From contig OZ251997.1 in assembly GCA_965247095.1 (NCBI GenBank), positions 2,144,001 to 2,208,000 on the forward strand: a stretch of 64,000 nt of DNA, given 5' to 3'. Under the pieces are notes generated by a model that was not told the origin of the DNA, searched no databases, and saw only the letters and a list, made by a program, of their open reading frames with translations. The translations under genes were made by a program, and so were the position numbers. This document shows, in pieces, positions 25,573 through 38,875 of the stretch. The DNA is from Candidatus Multivorans sp. (lineage in GTDB: Bacteria > Acidobacteriota > Thermoanaerobaculia > Multivoradales > Multivoraceae). Each line of letters opens with the position of its first letter. The first letter of the stretch is position 1.

Positions 25573-25747
25573 AGGTGTGCAAACAACCCGAACCTAGGGT
25601 ACGGTTCCGCACCGCCGGGATCGAGATTCCCTTCAGCCAGCACGACATCCACATCAAGGAAACGCCAGCGCGGCAAGCCCGGGCAAGCGAACCCGCGGCC
25701 GACTAGCGAAGACCGCGCCCGACCGGCGCGCTTCAAACGAGAACGGA

Positions 25748-27598
<1,851 letters not shown>

Positions 27599-27616
27599 GC
27601 CTGAGCCCATTCGAGC

Positions 27617-29131
27617 TCAGCTCGCCAGTGCGCTCCACGCCCGGCGCGGGAACCGGCGGCCAAGGCCCCGCTGAATCTCACGCCACTTGCGCTCTTCGTC
27701 CGGCGTGATGAAGGTCACCGCCTCTCCGGAACGCCCCATGCGCCCGGTCCGCCCGACGCGGTGCGTGAAGAGTTGCTGCGAGTCCGGGAGGTCAAAGTTG
27801 ATGACCTTGCCGATGCCGTCAACATCCAGGCCTCGGGCAGCCACGTTGGTCGCCACCAGGATCGGCGCGGCGCCGGAACGAAAGCCCCTCATCACGCGCT
27901 CACGGGCGCCTTGGCTGAGGTTTCCCTGAAGCGCCCCGACCGGATAACCCAGCGAGTCGAGCTTCTTGGCCAGCTTCCTGACGCCGTGCTTGGTCCTGCC
28001 GAAGACGAGAATCGGGGCGCCGTTTCGTTCGTCCAGAAGCGTCTGCAGCGCGCTGATCTTGTCGTCCTTCCGGATCGAGAAGACCACGTGCTCCACCGTG
28101 GGCACTTGACGGCCGAGGTCGATTTCGACCCTTACCGGGTTGCGCAGATACTGCTTCGCGGTCTGAGCCACCCAGTTGGGCATGGTCGCCGAGAAGAGCG
28201 CCGTCTGCCGTGAAGCGGGCGTGCGGCTGAGGATCGCCTCGACATCGCGGGCAAAACCCTGGTCCAGCATTTCGTCCGCCTCATCAAGGACGAGGAACCG
28301 CACACCTCCAAGATCGAGGGAGCCCTGACGCAGGTGGTCCAACGTGCGGCCAGGTGTCCCAACGATCACATGGGCGCCCCGCCTCAAGGCCGCATGATCA
28401 CGCCTTACCGGCCGGCCGCCGTACAACGCCGCCACGCGCAAGCGCGACGAAGTCAGGCTGGAAAGGACTCCGGCCACCTGGATGGCCAGCTCCCGCGTCG
28501 GCGTCAGCACCAGCGCCTGCACCCGCCGTGCAGAGGGATCGCAAAGCTCAGCGATGGGCGCCGCAAAGGCCAGGGTCTTCCCCGACCCCGTCAGCGCCTG
28601 CCCGAGCAGGTCCCGCCCAGCCAGCAAATGGGGGATGGCCTGCTCCTGAATCGGCGTCGGCTCAGAAATACCCATGCGGGCAATCGCCGCCCTGGTCGCA
28701 CTCGTGAGCGGAATCCCAGGAAACACGCCGCTGCCGTCGGTGTCCTGGCCGCGATCAGCAGTCGGTCCAACCGGGCGAAGGCCGGGTTCAACCTCGTGAC
28801 TGTGGCCGTTCGGGGCGCCCTTGTTCCAGGCGCCCTTGTTCCAGGCGCTCTTCTTCGCGCCGCCCTTGTTCCAGGCGCTCTTCTTCGCGCCGCCCTTGTT
28901 CCAGGCGCGGTTGTTCCCGGCGCGGTTGGCCGGGGCGCGGTTGGCCGGGGCGGAAACGCCGTCGCGACGGTTGGTGAAGCAGGAACGGCAGTACACCGGC
29001 CTGCCCGGGGCAGGCCGGAAGGGCACGGTTGTCGAGGTATCGCACTCGGCGCAGACGGCCTCGTGGCTCGGTCTGGGGCCGGACGGACGCCGGCTGGTCG
29101 AGAAAGATTTCTTTGGCATTCTTCTGGGCAT
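27617..29131 (-). CDS. DEAD-box RNA helicase with N-terminal CxxC-x17-CxxC domain
   Basis: PTPIQ, TGSGKT, PTRELA, DEAD, SAT, HRVGRTGR; CAEC-x17-CRSC at the N-terminus. Confidence 0.93.
   Translation of the reverse strand: MPRRMPKKSFSTSRRPSGPRPSHEAVCAECDTSTTVPFRPAPGRPVYCRSCFTNRRDGVSAPANRAPANRAGNNRAWNKGGAKKSAWNKGGAKKSAWNKGAWNKGAPNGHSHEVEPGLRPVGPTADRGQDTDGSGVFPGIPLTSATRAAIARMGISEPTPIQEQAIPHLLAGRDLLGQALTGSGKTLAFAAPIAELCDPSARRVQALVLTPTRELAIQVAGVLSSLTSSRLRVAALYGGRPVRRDHAALRRGAHVIVGTPGRTLDHLRQGSLDLGGVRFLVLDEADEMLDQGFARDVEAILSRTPASRQTALFSATMPNWVAQTAKQYLRNPVRVEIDLGRQVPTVEHVVFSIRKDDKISALQTLLDERNGAPILVFGRTKHGVRKLAKKLDSLGYPVGALQGNLSQGARERVMRGFRSGAAPILVATNVAARGLDVDGIGKVINFDLPDSQQLFTHRVGRTGRMGRSGEAVTFITPDEERKWREIQRGLGRRFPRRAWSALAS
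28817..28951 (-). repeat. Nine 15-bp tandem coding repeats (APANR/AWNKG/GAKKS) in the helicase linker
   Basis: gcccttgttccaggc x4 interleaved with gctcttcttcgcgcc x2, followed by three gcggttg... units. Confidence 0.9.
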
Positions 29132-29440
29132 AGAGAGACAGACTCCTTAGGTCCTAAGGCATAACGAAACAGGCGATTCGGCGCGGGTGAGAAGCAGGGT
29201 GAACCAATGTTCACCGTTGCGTGAACCTCGGCGCGGCAATCGAGCGCTGTGGTCGTTATGACGACCAGGGGCTGCTAGCTAGACCCGGCGTAAGCGCGTA
29301 CCTTACTCGACTTCGCCCTCCCAGTCAAAGCGAAGGTCGTCCAGCGCCAGGCCCACGATCGGTCCGGCGACAGACGGACCCGAAGAGAATGGCCGCAGCG
29401 CCGTGGCGTTAGGATGGCAGCCAGTCGACAATGAGATGAG

Positions 29441-30457
29441 ATGTGGGTCGCGCGTACAACGGCCGACGGCAGCCTGGAACTCGCCGAGGCGCCCGAGCCG
29501 GCGATCAAGGGCGGCGAGGCGCTGATCGAACTCCTCTGTTGCGGCCTGTGCGGCACGGACCTCTACAAGCTGGCCGACGCCGGGCGACCTGCGGGAGAGG
29601 TGCTGGGGCACGAAGTCGTCGGCAGGGTGATCGACAGCCGCACCGATCACCTGAAACCAGGCGACCGGGTCGTGGTCCCACACCATGCACCGTGCGGCGA
29701 GTGCCGGCTGTGCCGGAGCGGGGCCGAGACGATGTGCCCCCAGTTCGCCGAGAACCTGCTTGATCCCGGCGGCTTCAGCGAACGGATCCGGCTGCGGGCG
29801 CTGGCGGTCGAACGCACGGTGCGGCGTCTCGACGACCAGCTTCCGGACGACGCCGCGGTGTTCGTCGAACCGGCGGCCTGCGTGCTGCGCGGGATCGACC
29901 GCGCCGGGTTGCCGAGCGAAGCCCCGGAGGTGGTCGTCATCGGCGCCGGATCGATGGGCCTGCTCCACCTGCTGGTGCTGCGAGCCGTGTTCCCGGCGAG
30001 TCGGATCGTTCTAGCCGAGCCGGACCAGGACCGCCGGGAGACGGCGCGGCGACTCGGCGCCGATGCTGCCGTCGCACCCGAACGGATCGTCGAGGCCTCG
30101 GGCAGTGGCAGGCCATCGGGCGGCGCCGACGCCGTCTTCGACACCGCCGGCGGTCAGGCCGCCTTCGACCTGGCCCTGCAGGCCACCCGGCCGGGTGGGC
30201 GCGTCGTCCTCTTCGCCCACGCCGCGCACGACGCCCGCGTGACCTTCGACATCAACGCCGTGTTCAAGTCCGAGCGCCAAGTCATCGGCGCCTACTCCGG
30301 GTCGCCAACCGAGCAAGCCCGCGTGCTCGACCTGCTGAGCCAGGGCGTGTTCGATCCCACGCCGCTGGTCACCCACCGCCTGCCCTTGGCCCGAGCCGCC
30401 GAAGCGGTCGATCTGTGCCGCCGGCGCGAAGCGCTCAAGGTACTGTTGCGCCCCTGA
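29441..30457 (+). CDS. Zinc-dependent alcohol/polyol dehydrogenase (MDR family)
   Basis: CGLCGTD, GHE, CGECRLC...C, GAGSMG. Confidence 0.9.
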   Translation: MWVARTTADGSLELAEAPEPAIKGGEALIELLCCGLCGTDLYKLADAGRPAGEVLGHEVVGRVIDSRTDHLKPGDRVVVPHHAPCGECRLCRSGAETMCPQFAENLLDPGGFSERIRLRALAVERTVRRLDDQLPDDAAVFVEPAACVLRGIDRAGLPSEAPEVVVIGAGSMGLLHLLVLRAVFPASRIVLAEPDQDRRETARRLGADAAVAPERIVEASGSGRPSGGADAVFDTAGGQAAFDLALQATRPGGRVVLFAHAAHDARVTFDINAVFKSERQVIGAYSGSPTEQARVLDLLSQGVFDPTPLVTHRLPLARAAEAVDLCRRREALKVLLRP

Positions 30458-30495
30458 TTCGCCGTGATTCGCCGTCTGCGCGCCGGAGAAGACCC

Positions 30496-31539
30496 GTGAT
30501 CCCGAAGCACCAGACCCAGGCGTTCCTCATCGGCCCCGGCAACCTCCAACTGAGGCGTATGCCCATGCCGGCGCCCGGCCCGGGCGAACTCCTGATCCGG
30601 GTCGACGCCGCCACCACCTGCGGAACGGACGTGAAGGTGTTCCGCCGCGGCGGCCATCCAACGATGTTGACGCTGCCGGCGCCCTTCGGCCACGAGGTCA
30701 CCGGCACCGTCGTCCGCGCCGCCGCCGGCGCCGCGCAGACAGAGGGCGACACCGTGGTGGTCGGCAACAGCGCCGCCTGCGGCCGGTGCCAGCCGTGCCG
30801 GCACAACCGCGAAAACCTGTGCCGGGAGCTCGTCTACCTGAACGGGGCCTTTGCCGACTACATGCTGATACCGGCCGCAGTCGCGGAGCGCAGCGTCCAC
30901 CCACGGCCGCCCGGCCTCGAACCGGTCATCGCGGCTCTGGCCGAGCCGCTGGCCTGCGCCGTCCACTGTCTCGAACGCTCCCTCGCCGCTTGGAGCGGTC
31001 CGCCGACCGAGGCGCGTGCACTGATCATCGGTTGCGGCCCCCTCGGGCTCATGCTGATCGATCTGTTCCACAGCGTTCGAACCTGCGTCTCCGTACTGGA
31101 CCCCCATCCGCATCGGCTCGCGGTGGCCGAGACCTTCGGCGCCGCCGAGACGCACTGCGGGCGCGCCGGCGACGACGACGCGGTGCCGGGCGAACTGTTC
31201 GACTTCACCGTTGACGCCACTGGCAGCCCCGCCGGCTGGCATCAGGCCGTCTCCTGTCTTGCTCCGGGCGGCGTGGCGGCACTCTTCGGAGGTTGCCGCC
31301 CCGGCGCCACCCTGAAGATCGACGCGGAGGCGGTCCACTACCAGGAGCAGACCCTGCTCGGTGTCTACCACTACCGGCCGGTATCGTTCCGCGCCGCGCT
31401 CGACCGGCTGATCGGTGCGCCGGAACGCTACGGCCAACTGATCGAAGCGGAACTGCCGCTGGATCGACTGACCGAAGCGCTCGATCTGATGATCGCCCGC
31501 CGCGCGCTCAAGGTGGCGATCCGGCCGCATCCGGACTAG
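30496..31539 (+). CDS. Zinc-dependent alcohol/polyol dehydrogenase (MDR family)
   Basis: TCGTD, GHE, CGRCQPC...C, GCGPLG. GTG start chosen from an upstream GGAG and the paralog at 22720. Confidence 0.9.
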   Translation: MIPKHQTQAFLIGPGNLQLRRMPMPAPGPGELLIRVDAATTCGTDVKVFRRGGHPTMLTLPAPFGHEVTGTVVRAAAGAAQTEGDTVVVGNSAACGRCQPCRHNRENLCRELVYLNGAFADYMLIPAAVAERSVHPRPPGLEPVIAALAEPLACAVHCLERSLAAWSGPPTEARALIIGCGPLGLMLIDLFHSVRTCVSVLDPHPHRLAVAETFGAAETHCGRAGDDDAVPGELFDFTVDATGSPAGWHQAVSCLAPGGVAALFGGCRPGATLKIDAEAVHYQEQTLLGVYHYRPVSFRAALDRLIGAPERYGQLIEAELPLDRLTEALDLMIARRALKVAIRPHPD

Positions 31540-31605
31540 CGCCGGCTTCCCGCCGTATACTGCGCGCCGGCGGTCGATCCGTCCGCCACGCAAATCGAGC
31601 AACAC

Positions 31606-32790
31606 ATGGCAGCCGCGGAGCATGACCTGTCGCCCGATCTTGAGGCGGTGCGCCAGGAACTTGAGCAGGTCGACCGGGATCTGCTGAGCGGTTTCCGGCG
31701 ACGCGTCGAGTTGTCGCGGGAAGTCGCCGGCGCCAAGATCGCGGCCGCCTTCCCGTTCCGCGACCAGTTGCGCGAGGAGCAGTTGCTAACCCGCGTGCGC
31801 ACGATCGCCGCCGAACTCGACCTCGACCCGCACCAGACCGAACGCATCTTCCGCCTGCTGATCGAGATGTCGATCGCCGCGCAGCAGGGCTACATCCGCG
31901 ATCTCGATAAGGCGCCGCTACGGGTTGCCTACCAGGGCGTCGAGGGCTCCTTCAGCCATCTCACCGCCCAGCGGCAGTACGCCGGCCGTCCCGGCGGCGT
32001 CGTGCTGCACGGCTACGAGCTGTTCCGGGAGGCTGCCGAAGGCGTCATCGGCGGGCGCCACGACATCGCCCTGCTGCCGATCGAGAACAGCACCGCGGGC
32101 AGCATCAACGAGACCTACGACCTGCTGGCGGAAGGCGGCCTCGTGATCACGGCTGAAGTGATCAGCCAGGTCGCGCACTGCCTGCTCGCCCTGCCCGGCG
32201 CAAGGATCGAGGAACTGCGCCTCGTTCTCTCGCATCCGCAGGCGCTCCGCCAGTGCGACCAGTTCTTCCGCGACCACAACTGGCTACGGCCGCAACCCGA
32301 GTTCGACACCGCGGGCGCCGCCGCGCGCGTTCGCGAGAGCAACGACCCGAGCATCGGCGCCATCGCCAGCGAGCCGGCCGCACGCGTCTTCGGTCTCGAG
32401 ATTCTCGCCTACAGCATCCAGAACGAGATCGGCAACTTCACCCGCTTCGTGGAAGTCGCCCGCGAGGCGGCGCCCTGTCCTCCGGAGCAGCCATGCAAGA
32501 CCTCCCTGCTGCTCGCCACCGGGAATCACCCCGGAGACCTGGGCGAGGTTCTACGCAGCTTCTCCCGCCGAGGCGTGAACCTGACCAAGCTCGAATCACG
32601 GCCGATCCCCGCCACACCCTGGCGCTACCGCTTCTATCTCGACATCGAGGGTCACGCCGCCTCCGCGCCGGTGACCGAAGCGCTGCAGGCGATCGAACCG
32701 AAGACGGCCGAGCTGCGCATCCTCGGCACCTATCCCCGGGCCGAACTGCCGGCCGGACCCGCCGGCGAGGGCGGCGCGGCCGACGGCTGA
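31606..32790 (+). CDS. pheA: Chorismate mutase / prephenate dehydratase (P-protein)
   Basis: N-terminal AroQ-like domain, VAYQGVEGSFS, PIENS, SHPQAL, NFTRF, NLTKLESRP. Confidence 0.93.
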   Translation: MAAAEHDLSPDLEAVRQELEQVDRDLLSGFRRRVELSREVAGAKIAAAFPFRDQLREEQLLTRVRTIAAELDLDPHQTERIFRLLIEMSIAAQQGYIRDLDKAPLRVAYQGVEGSFSHLTAQRQYAGRPGGVVLHGYELFREAAEGVIGGRHDIALLPIENSTAGSINETYDLLAEGGLVITAEVISQVAHCLLALPGARIEELRLVLSHPQALRQCDQFFRDHNWLRPQPEFDTAGAAARVRESNDPSIGAIASEPAARVFGLEILAYSIQNEIGNFTRFVEVAREAAPCPPEQPCKTSLLLATGNHPGDLGEVLRSFSRRGVNLTKLESRPIPATPWRYRFYLDIEGHAASAPVTEALQAIEPKTAELRILGTYPRAELPAGPAGEGGAADG

Positions 32791-32798
32791 AGCCCGCG

Positions 32799-34007
32799 AT
32801 GCCACAGCGCGCCGACGTCGTCTGCATCGGAGCCGGGATCATCGGCCTCGCCACCGCCCGCAGCCTCTCCCGCCGATACCGAGAGCTCGACATCCTCGTG
32901 GTCGAGGCCGAACCGCGACCCGCCGTCCACCAGACCGGGCACAACAGCGGCGTCATCCACTCCGGCCTCTACTACAAGCCCGGCTCGCTCAAGGCGAAGA
33001 ACTGCGTCACCGGACGGAAACGGCTGATCGAACTCTGCGAGCGCCGTGAGATCCCCTACGAGATCTGCGGCAAGCTCGTCATCGCGACCGACCGGGAGGA
33101 GATCCCGCGTCTCGACGAGCTGGAACGGCGCGGCCGCGCGAACGGCCTTGCCGGCCTGGAGCGGGTGCCGCCCGAGCGCATCCCGGAGTTCGAACCCCAC
33201 GCCACCGGCGTCGACGCGCTGTGGGTCCCGGAGACCGGCATCGTCGACTACAAGGCCGTCGCGAATGCCTACGCCGACGAGTTGGAGGACGCCGGTGTCC
33301 CGCTGCACCTCCGAACCCGGGTCATGGGGATTGAGCCCCGGTGCGACGGCGTCGTCATCCAGACCACCGCCGGCGCTTTCGAAGCCGGCCACGCGGTCAA
33401 CTGCGCGGGCCTCCAGTCGGACCGGGTCGCCCGCATGGCCGGTCTCGACCCCGACGTCCGGATCGTCCCCTTCCGTGGCGAGTATTTCGACATCGCGCCC
33501 GAACGGCGCGAACTGTTGCGTGGCCTGATCTACCCCGTGCCCGATCCACGCTTCCCCTTCCTCGGCGTGCACCTGACCCGGCGCGTCGACGGCTCGGTCG
33601 AGGCGGGGCCCAACGCGGTGCTCGCCCTCAAACGCGAGGGCTACGCCCGCGGCAGCTTCAATGCGCGTGACACCTGGAGCAGCCTCAGCTACCCGGGCTT
33701 CTGGAAGATGTCCCTGCGCTTCTGGAAGGTGGGCATCGGCGAGATGGCCCGCTCCGGCAGCCGTAGCCGCTTCGCCCGCGACCTCCGACGCTTCGTCCCC
33801 GACATCCGCGACTCCGATCTGCTGCCCGGCGGCGCCGGCATCCGCGCCCAGGCCCTGGACCGCAAGGGAAACCTGGTCGACGACTTCGCGATCGAGACCA
33901 GCCCGAGGATGCTGCACGTTCTGAATGCCCCTTCGCCGGGCGCTACGGCGTCGCTGGCGATCGGCGACACGCTCGCCGACCGGGCGGCGAAGACGTTTGG
34001 GCTCTAG
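32799..34007 (+). CDS. lhgO: L-2-hydroxyglutarate oxidase
   Basis: IGAGIIG, HQTGHNSGVIHSGLYY, PVPDPRFPFLGVH, GIRAQA, NAPSPGAT; ATG at 32799. Confidence 0.92.
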   Translation: MPQRADVVCIGAGIIGLATARSLSRRYRELDILVVEAEPRPAVHQTGHNSGVIHSGLYYKPGSLKAKNCVTGRKRLIELCERREIPYEICGKLVIATDREEIPRLDELERRGRANGLAGLERVPPERIPEFEPHATGVDALWVPETGIVDYKAVANAYADELEDAGVPLHLRTRVMGIEPRCDGVVIQTTAGAFEAGHAVNCAGLQSDRVARMAGLDPDVRIVPFRGEYFDIAPERRELLRGLIYPVPDPRFPFLGVHLTRRVDGSVEAGPNAVLALKREGYARGSFNARDTWSSLSYPGFWKMSLRFWKVGIGEMARSGSRSRFARDLRRFVPDIRDSDLLPGGAGIRAQALDRKGNLVDDFAIETSPRMLHVLNAPSPGATASLAIGDTLADRAAKTFGL

Positions 34008-34032
34008 CAGCACATGCCCGGCGCAGCCCGTC

Positions 34033-34722
34033 GTGAACCCCGTTCAGGCCGAAACAACCGAGACCAACTTCCCGGTCTCCGACAGCCAGCGGGTCAGCGC
34101 CCTCCTCCTCGAGCCCGAGAACGCGCGCTGCCTGCTCGTCTTCGCCCACGGCGCCGGCGCTGGCATGCGCCACGCGACAATGGAGACCTTTGCCCAGGGC
34201 GTGGCACGGCTTGGAATCGCCACGCTCCGATTTCGGTTTCCTTATCGTGAAACGGGCCGCCGCCCCCCGGACCCGCGGCTCCTATTGCAGCGATCCGTTC
34301 GGGCGGCGGTGGCCCAAGCCAAAACCATGCGGCCCGACTTGCCGCTTCTTGCAGGCGGACGGTCGATGGGAGGCCGCATGGCCTCAGGCGCCGATGCTAT
34401 CGAAGCCCTCGATGTCGCCGGCTTTGTCTTCCACGCCTTTCCGCTCCACCCTCCCGGCAAGCCCGGCACCTCCCGCGCAGACCACCTTGAGAAGGTTCAC
34501 AAGCCCATGCTCTTCCTGAACGGCACCCGCGACCGGCTCGCCGATCCCGACCTGCTGGCCGGCGTCTGCGACCGGCTCGGCTCCCGCGCGACGCTCCACC
34601 GAGTCGAAGGCGGAGACCACAGCCTCCACGTGCTGAAGCGGTCGAGCCGCAAGCAGGAAGATGTCGACCGGGAGGTGGCGGAGGCGGTCAGTGATTGGTG
34701 CCGGGAGGTGCTGGGACTGTAG
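34033..34722 (+). CDS. Alpha/beta hydrolase (KANL3/Tex30-like)
   Basis: AHGAGAGM, GGRSMGGR, FPLHPPG, GTRD, GDHS; start codon uncertain. Confidence 0.85.
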   Translation: MNPVQAETTETNFPVSDSQRVSALLLEPENARCLLVFAHGAGAGMRHATMETFAQGVARLGIATLRFRFPYRETGRRPPDPRLLLQRSVRAAVAQAKTMRPDLPLLAGGRSMGGRMASGADAIEALDVAGFVFHAFPLHPPGKPGTSRADHLEKVHKPMLFLNGTRDRLADPDLLAGVCDRLGSRATLHRVEGGDHSLHVLKRSSRKQEDVDREVAEAVSDWCREVLGL

Positions 34723-34749
34723 GTCCTTCTGGATAGCGGCGGTGCCGTC

Positions 34750-34977
34750 TCAGCAAGCCGATTCGAGGACGAACCGCGCGCCTTCCAGGCGAAGCATCTG
34801 AAATGGCGTCATGCACTTGATTCCGAGACCGATGCACACGTCGGGGATCTTGACCTTGCGGATGGAGCCCGAAGGCTCACCGCGTTCCGAAGCCCAGTCG
34901 GACAGTTTCATCGCCCAGTCCGAGCACCTCATCTCCTGCGCCGTGATCATGACGTTCGCGTCCAGGAGATAGCGCAT
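34750..34977 (-). pseudogene. DUF4411-like PIN-domain gene remnant with internal deletions
   Basis: MRYLLDANV N-terminus and KVKIPDVCIGLGIKCMTPFQMLR C-terminus are joined in only 75 aa. Confidence 0.75.
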
Positions 34978-35353
34978 CAGTAGCCAACCCCCAGCTTTCG
35001 GCCGAGCTCGCTGAAGGTCTCCATTTTCTTCACGCCGAGCAGCCCGAACGCCTCGGCAAACAGAGGTGGACAATGTCCAGAAGGTCGGGACTGGGCCGAC
35101 CCAGTTGAGCCTTGACTCCCGAACGGAAGTCGGGAATCGGCACGGACTCGACCGGCGGCTCCGCCAGGAACAGGTAGCCGATGGGCGCATGTGTCGCCTT
35201 CGCGAAGCCCTCCAACTGCTTGAACGTGGGCTGCATCTCGCCGCGCTCCCAGGCCTCGATCTTGGGGAAGCGCGGCGACAGTTCCTCCCTCGTGCGACCG
35301 GCCCGCTCACGGGCCCATCGAAGGAGATCAGGTTTCACAGGGACGCGGATCAT
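34977..35353 (-). pseudogene. XRE-HTH / ImmA-IrrE metallopeptidase gene remnant, peptidase domain deleted
   Basis: LLRWARERAG...WERGE.QPTFKQL...FLAEPP...PDFR, then out of frame the C-terminal FAEAFGLLGVKKMETFSELGRKLGVGY*, overlapping the next gene as TGATG. Confidence 0.78.
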
Positions 35354-35698
35354 CGGTGGGACCTCAGGCTCGCTTGGCGCCAGCGTCTCGGCCAAGACTA
35401 GGCAAGCGGTTTGATCTCAGGTCATCCAGGTCACCAATCCAACCTGCCCCACGCATGCGACCCGCCTCTGCCAGCCTCAGGGCCTCAGAAGCCGGTGTCC
35501 CTGGTGTGGGTTTGAGGGCATCACGCTTCGCCTTCAGCCGTTCGCCGCGCACGGCCTTGGCACTTTCCTCGCTGTCCACGCCTAGCTCCGAGCTAGCCAT
35601 GCGCCAACCCTATACAGATCACACGCGCCTTCCCCATGGGAGTACCAACGTCACGGACTCACAAGGAGGCCTTGACGGCCGGGTGATACCTTGCCGAC

Positions 35699-36163
35699 GT
35701 GGTCGGCACAGGCTTCCTCGGCACAAGGGCCGACGCCTTCGTGGACTCCGCGGTGGTCTTCCTCGTGGCGGCGCCGTTCCTGATGGCGTACGCGATACGA
35801 CTCGCCAGGCAGCACCGCTACCGCCGGCACCGTAACCTTCAGGTGACCCTGTTGCTGGCCGGAATCGCGGCCGTCCTGCTGCTCGAGGGCAGCATCCGCT
35901 TCGGCAGCGCCCAGGAGGCCTTCGCACTGAGCTCGGCGACCGGTCCTTGGCGTGCCTGGCTCTTCTATGGGCATCTCGTCGTCGCCTTCGCGACCGCCAT
36001 CGCCTGGTTCACACTGGCAGTCCTGTCCTGGCGCCGTTTCACTCGCACCCTGCCGGGCCCCTTTAGCCCACGGCACCGGCGCTGGGGGCTGCGCACCTTC
36101 ATCGGCCTGTTCCTGACCTCAGCAAGCGGCACCGTCTTGTACGTCGTCTCCTTCGCGCTCTGA
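35699..36163 (+). CDS. DUF420-like membrane protein
   Basis: GFLGTRA start, four hydrophobic segments, conserved His residues (RHRNLQ, GHL, RHRRWG). Confidence 0.7.
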   Translation: MVGTGFLGTRADAFVDSAVVFLVAAPFLMAYAIRLARQHRYRRHRNLQVTLLLAGIAAVLLLEGSIRFGSAQEAFALSSATGPWRAWLFYGHLVVAFATAIAWFTLAVLSWRRFTRTLPGPFSPRHRRWGLRTFIGLFLTSASGTVLYVVSFAL

Positions 36164-36270
36164 CGACGCGGCAGACGGACCGTGCAGATCGCCCTGGCGA
36201 TGCCGGGAGCGGAAGCCGCCCTTCGCCAGAGCCGGCGTTGATGAAGCGCCGCCTATAATCGCGCCCCACT

Positions 36271-38445
<2,175 letters not shown>

Positions 38446-38458
38446 CTGAGCCCGGAAG

Positions 38459-38875
38459 ATGGCAACGCCCTACCGGCACACGATCCGCGTCCGCTACGGC
38501 GAGGTCGACAAGCAGGGCGTGGTCTACAACGCCCACTACCTGGCGTACATGGACGACGCCCTGGAGAACTGGCTGCTCGGCATCCGCGAACTCCGGGCGA
38601 AGCTTGGTTGGGAGATGATGCTCCGCCGCTGCACGATCGACTTCCTCGGTTCGGTCACCGACGGCGACTTGCTCGACATCGACCTCGCCATCCGGCACTG
38701 GGGCCGGACCTCGTGGACGCTCGGCTACCGCGGCGCCCACGAGGGACGGCTCGTGTTCACCGCGGAAGTGCTCTACGTCAGCGTGCACGATCCCGAGTAC
38801 ACGAAGATGGAGACCCCGGCCGAAATCCGCGCCTACATGGGGCCTGAGACGGATCTGGAAGAGGTAGCGGTCTGA
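38459..38875 (+). CDS. Acyl-CoA thioesterase (4HBT/YbgC hot-dog fold)
   Basis: VRYGEVDKQGVVYNAHYLAY. Confidence 0.88.
   Translation: MATPYRHTIRVRYGEVDKQGVVYNAHYLAYMDDALENWLLGIRELRAKLGWEMMLRRCTIDFLGSVTDGDLLDIDLAIRHWGRTSWTLGYRGAHEGRLVFTAEVLYVSVHDPEYTKMETPAEIRAYMGPETDLEEVAV

Larger units (their letters stand above)
23593..25706 (+). pseudogene. mscS: Small-conductance mechanosensitive channel remnant, 5'-truncated and interrupted by an IS
   Basis: GGIAGLTIGFAARDTLANLFAG...PYKIGD...EIGIRST...IPN lies before the IS; [28 protein letters not shown] follows it (25573..25706). Confidence 0.85.

Noticed and set aside
24174-25706. 510-aa plus-strand ORF across the IS
   Set aside because: Antisense to the transposase; only its last ~44 aa are real (mscS C-terminus).
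32253-32798. N-terminal extensions on lhgO (and likewise mdh, galE, CRTAC1, TPR, HEPN)
   Set aside because: They overlap neighbouring genes or precede the family-conserved start; downstream starts fit better.
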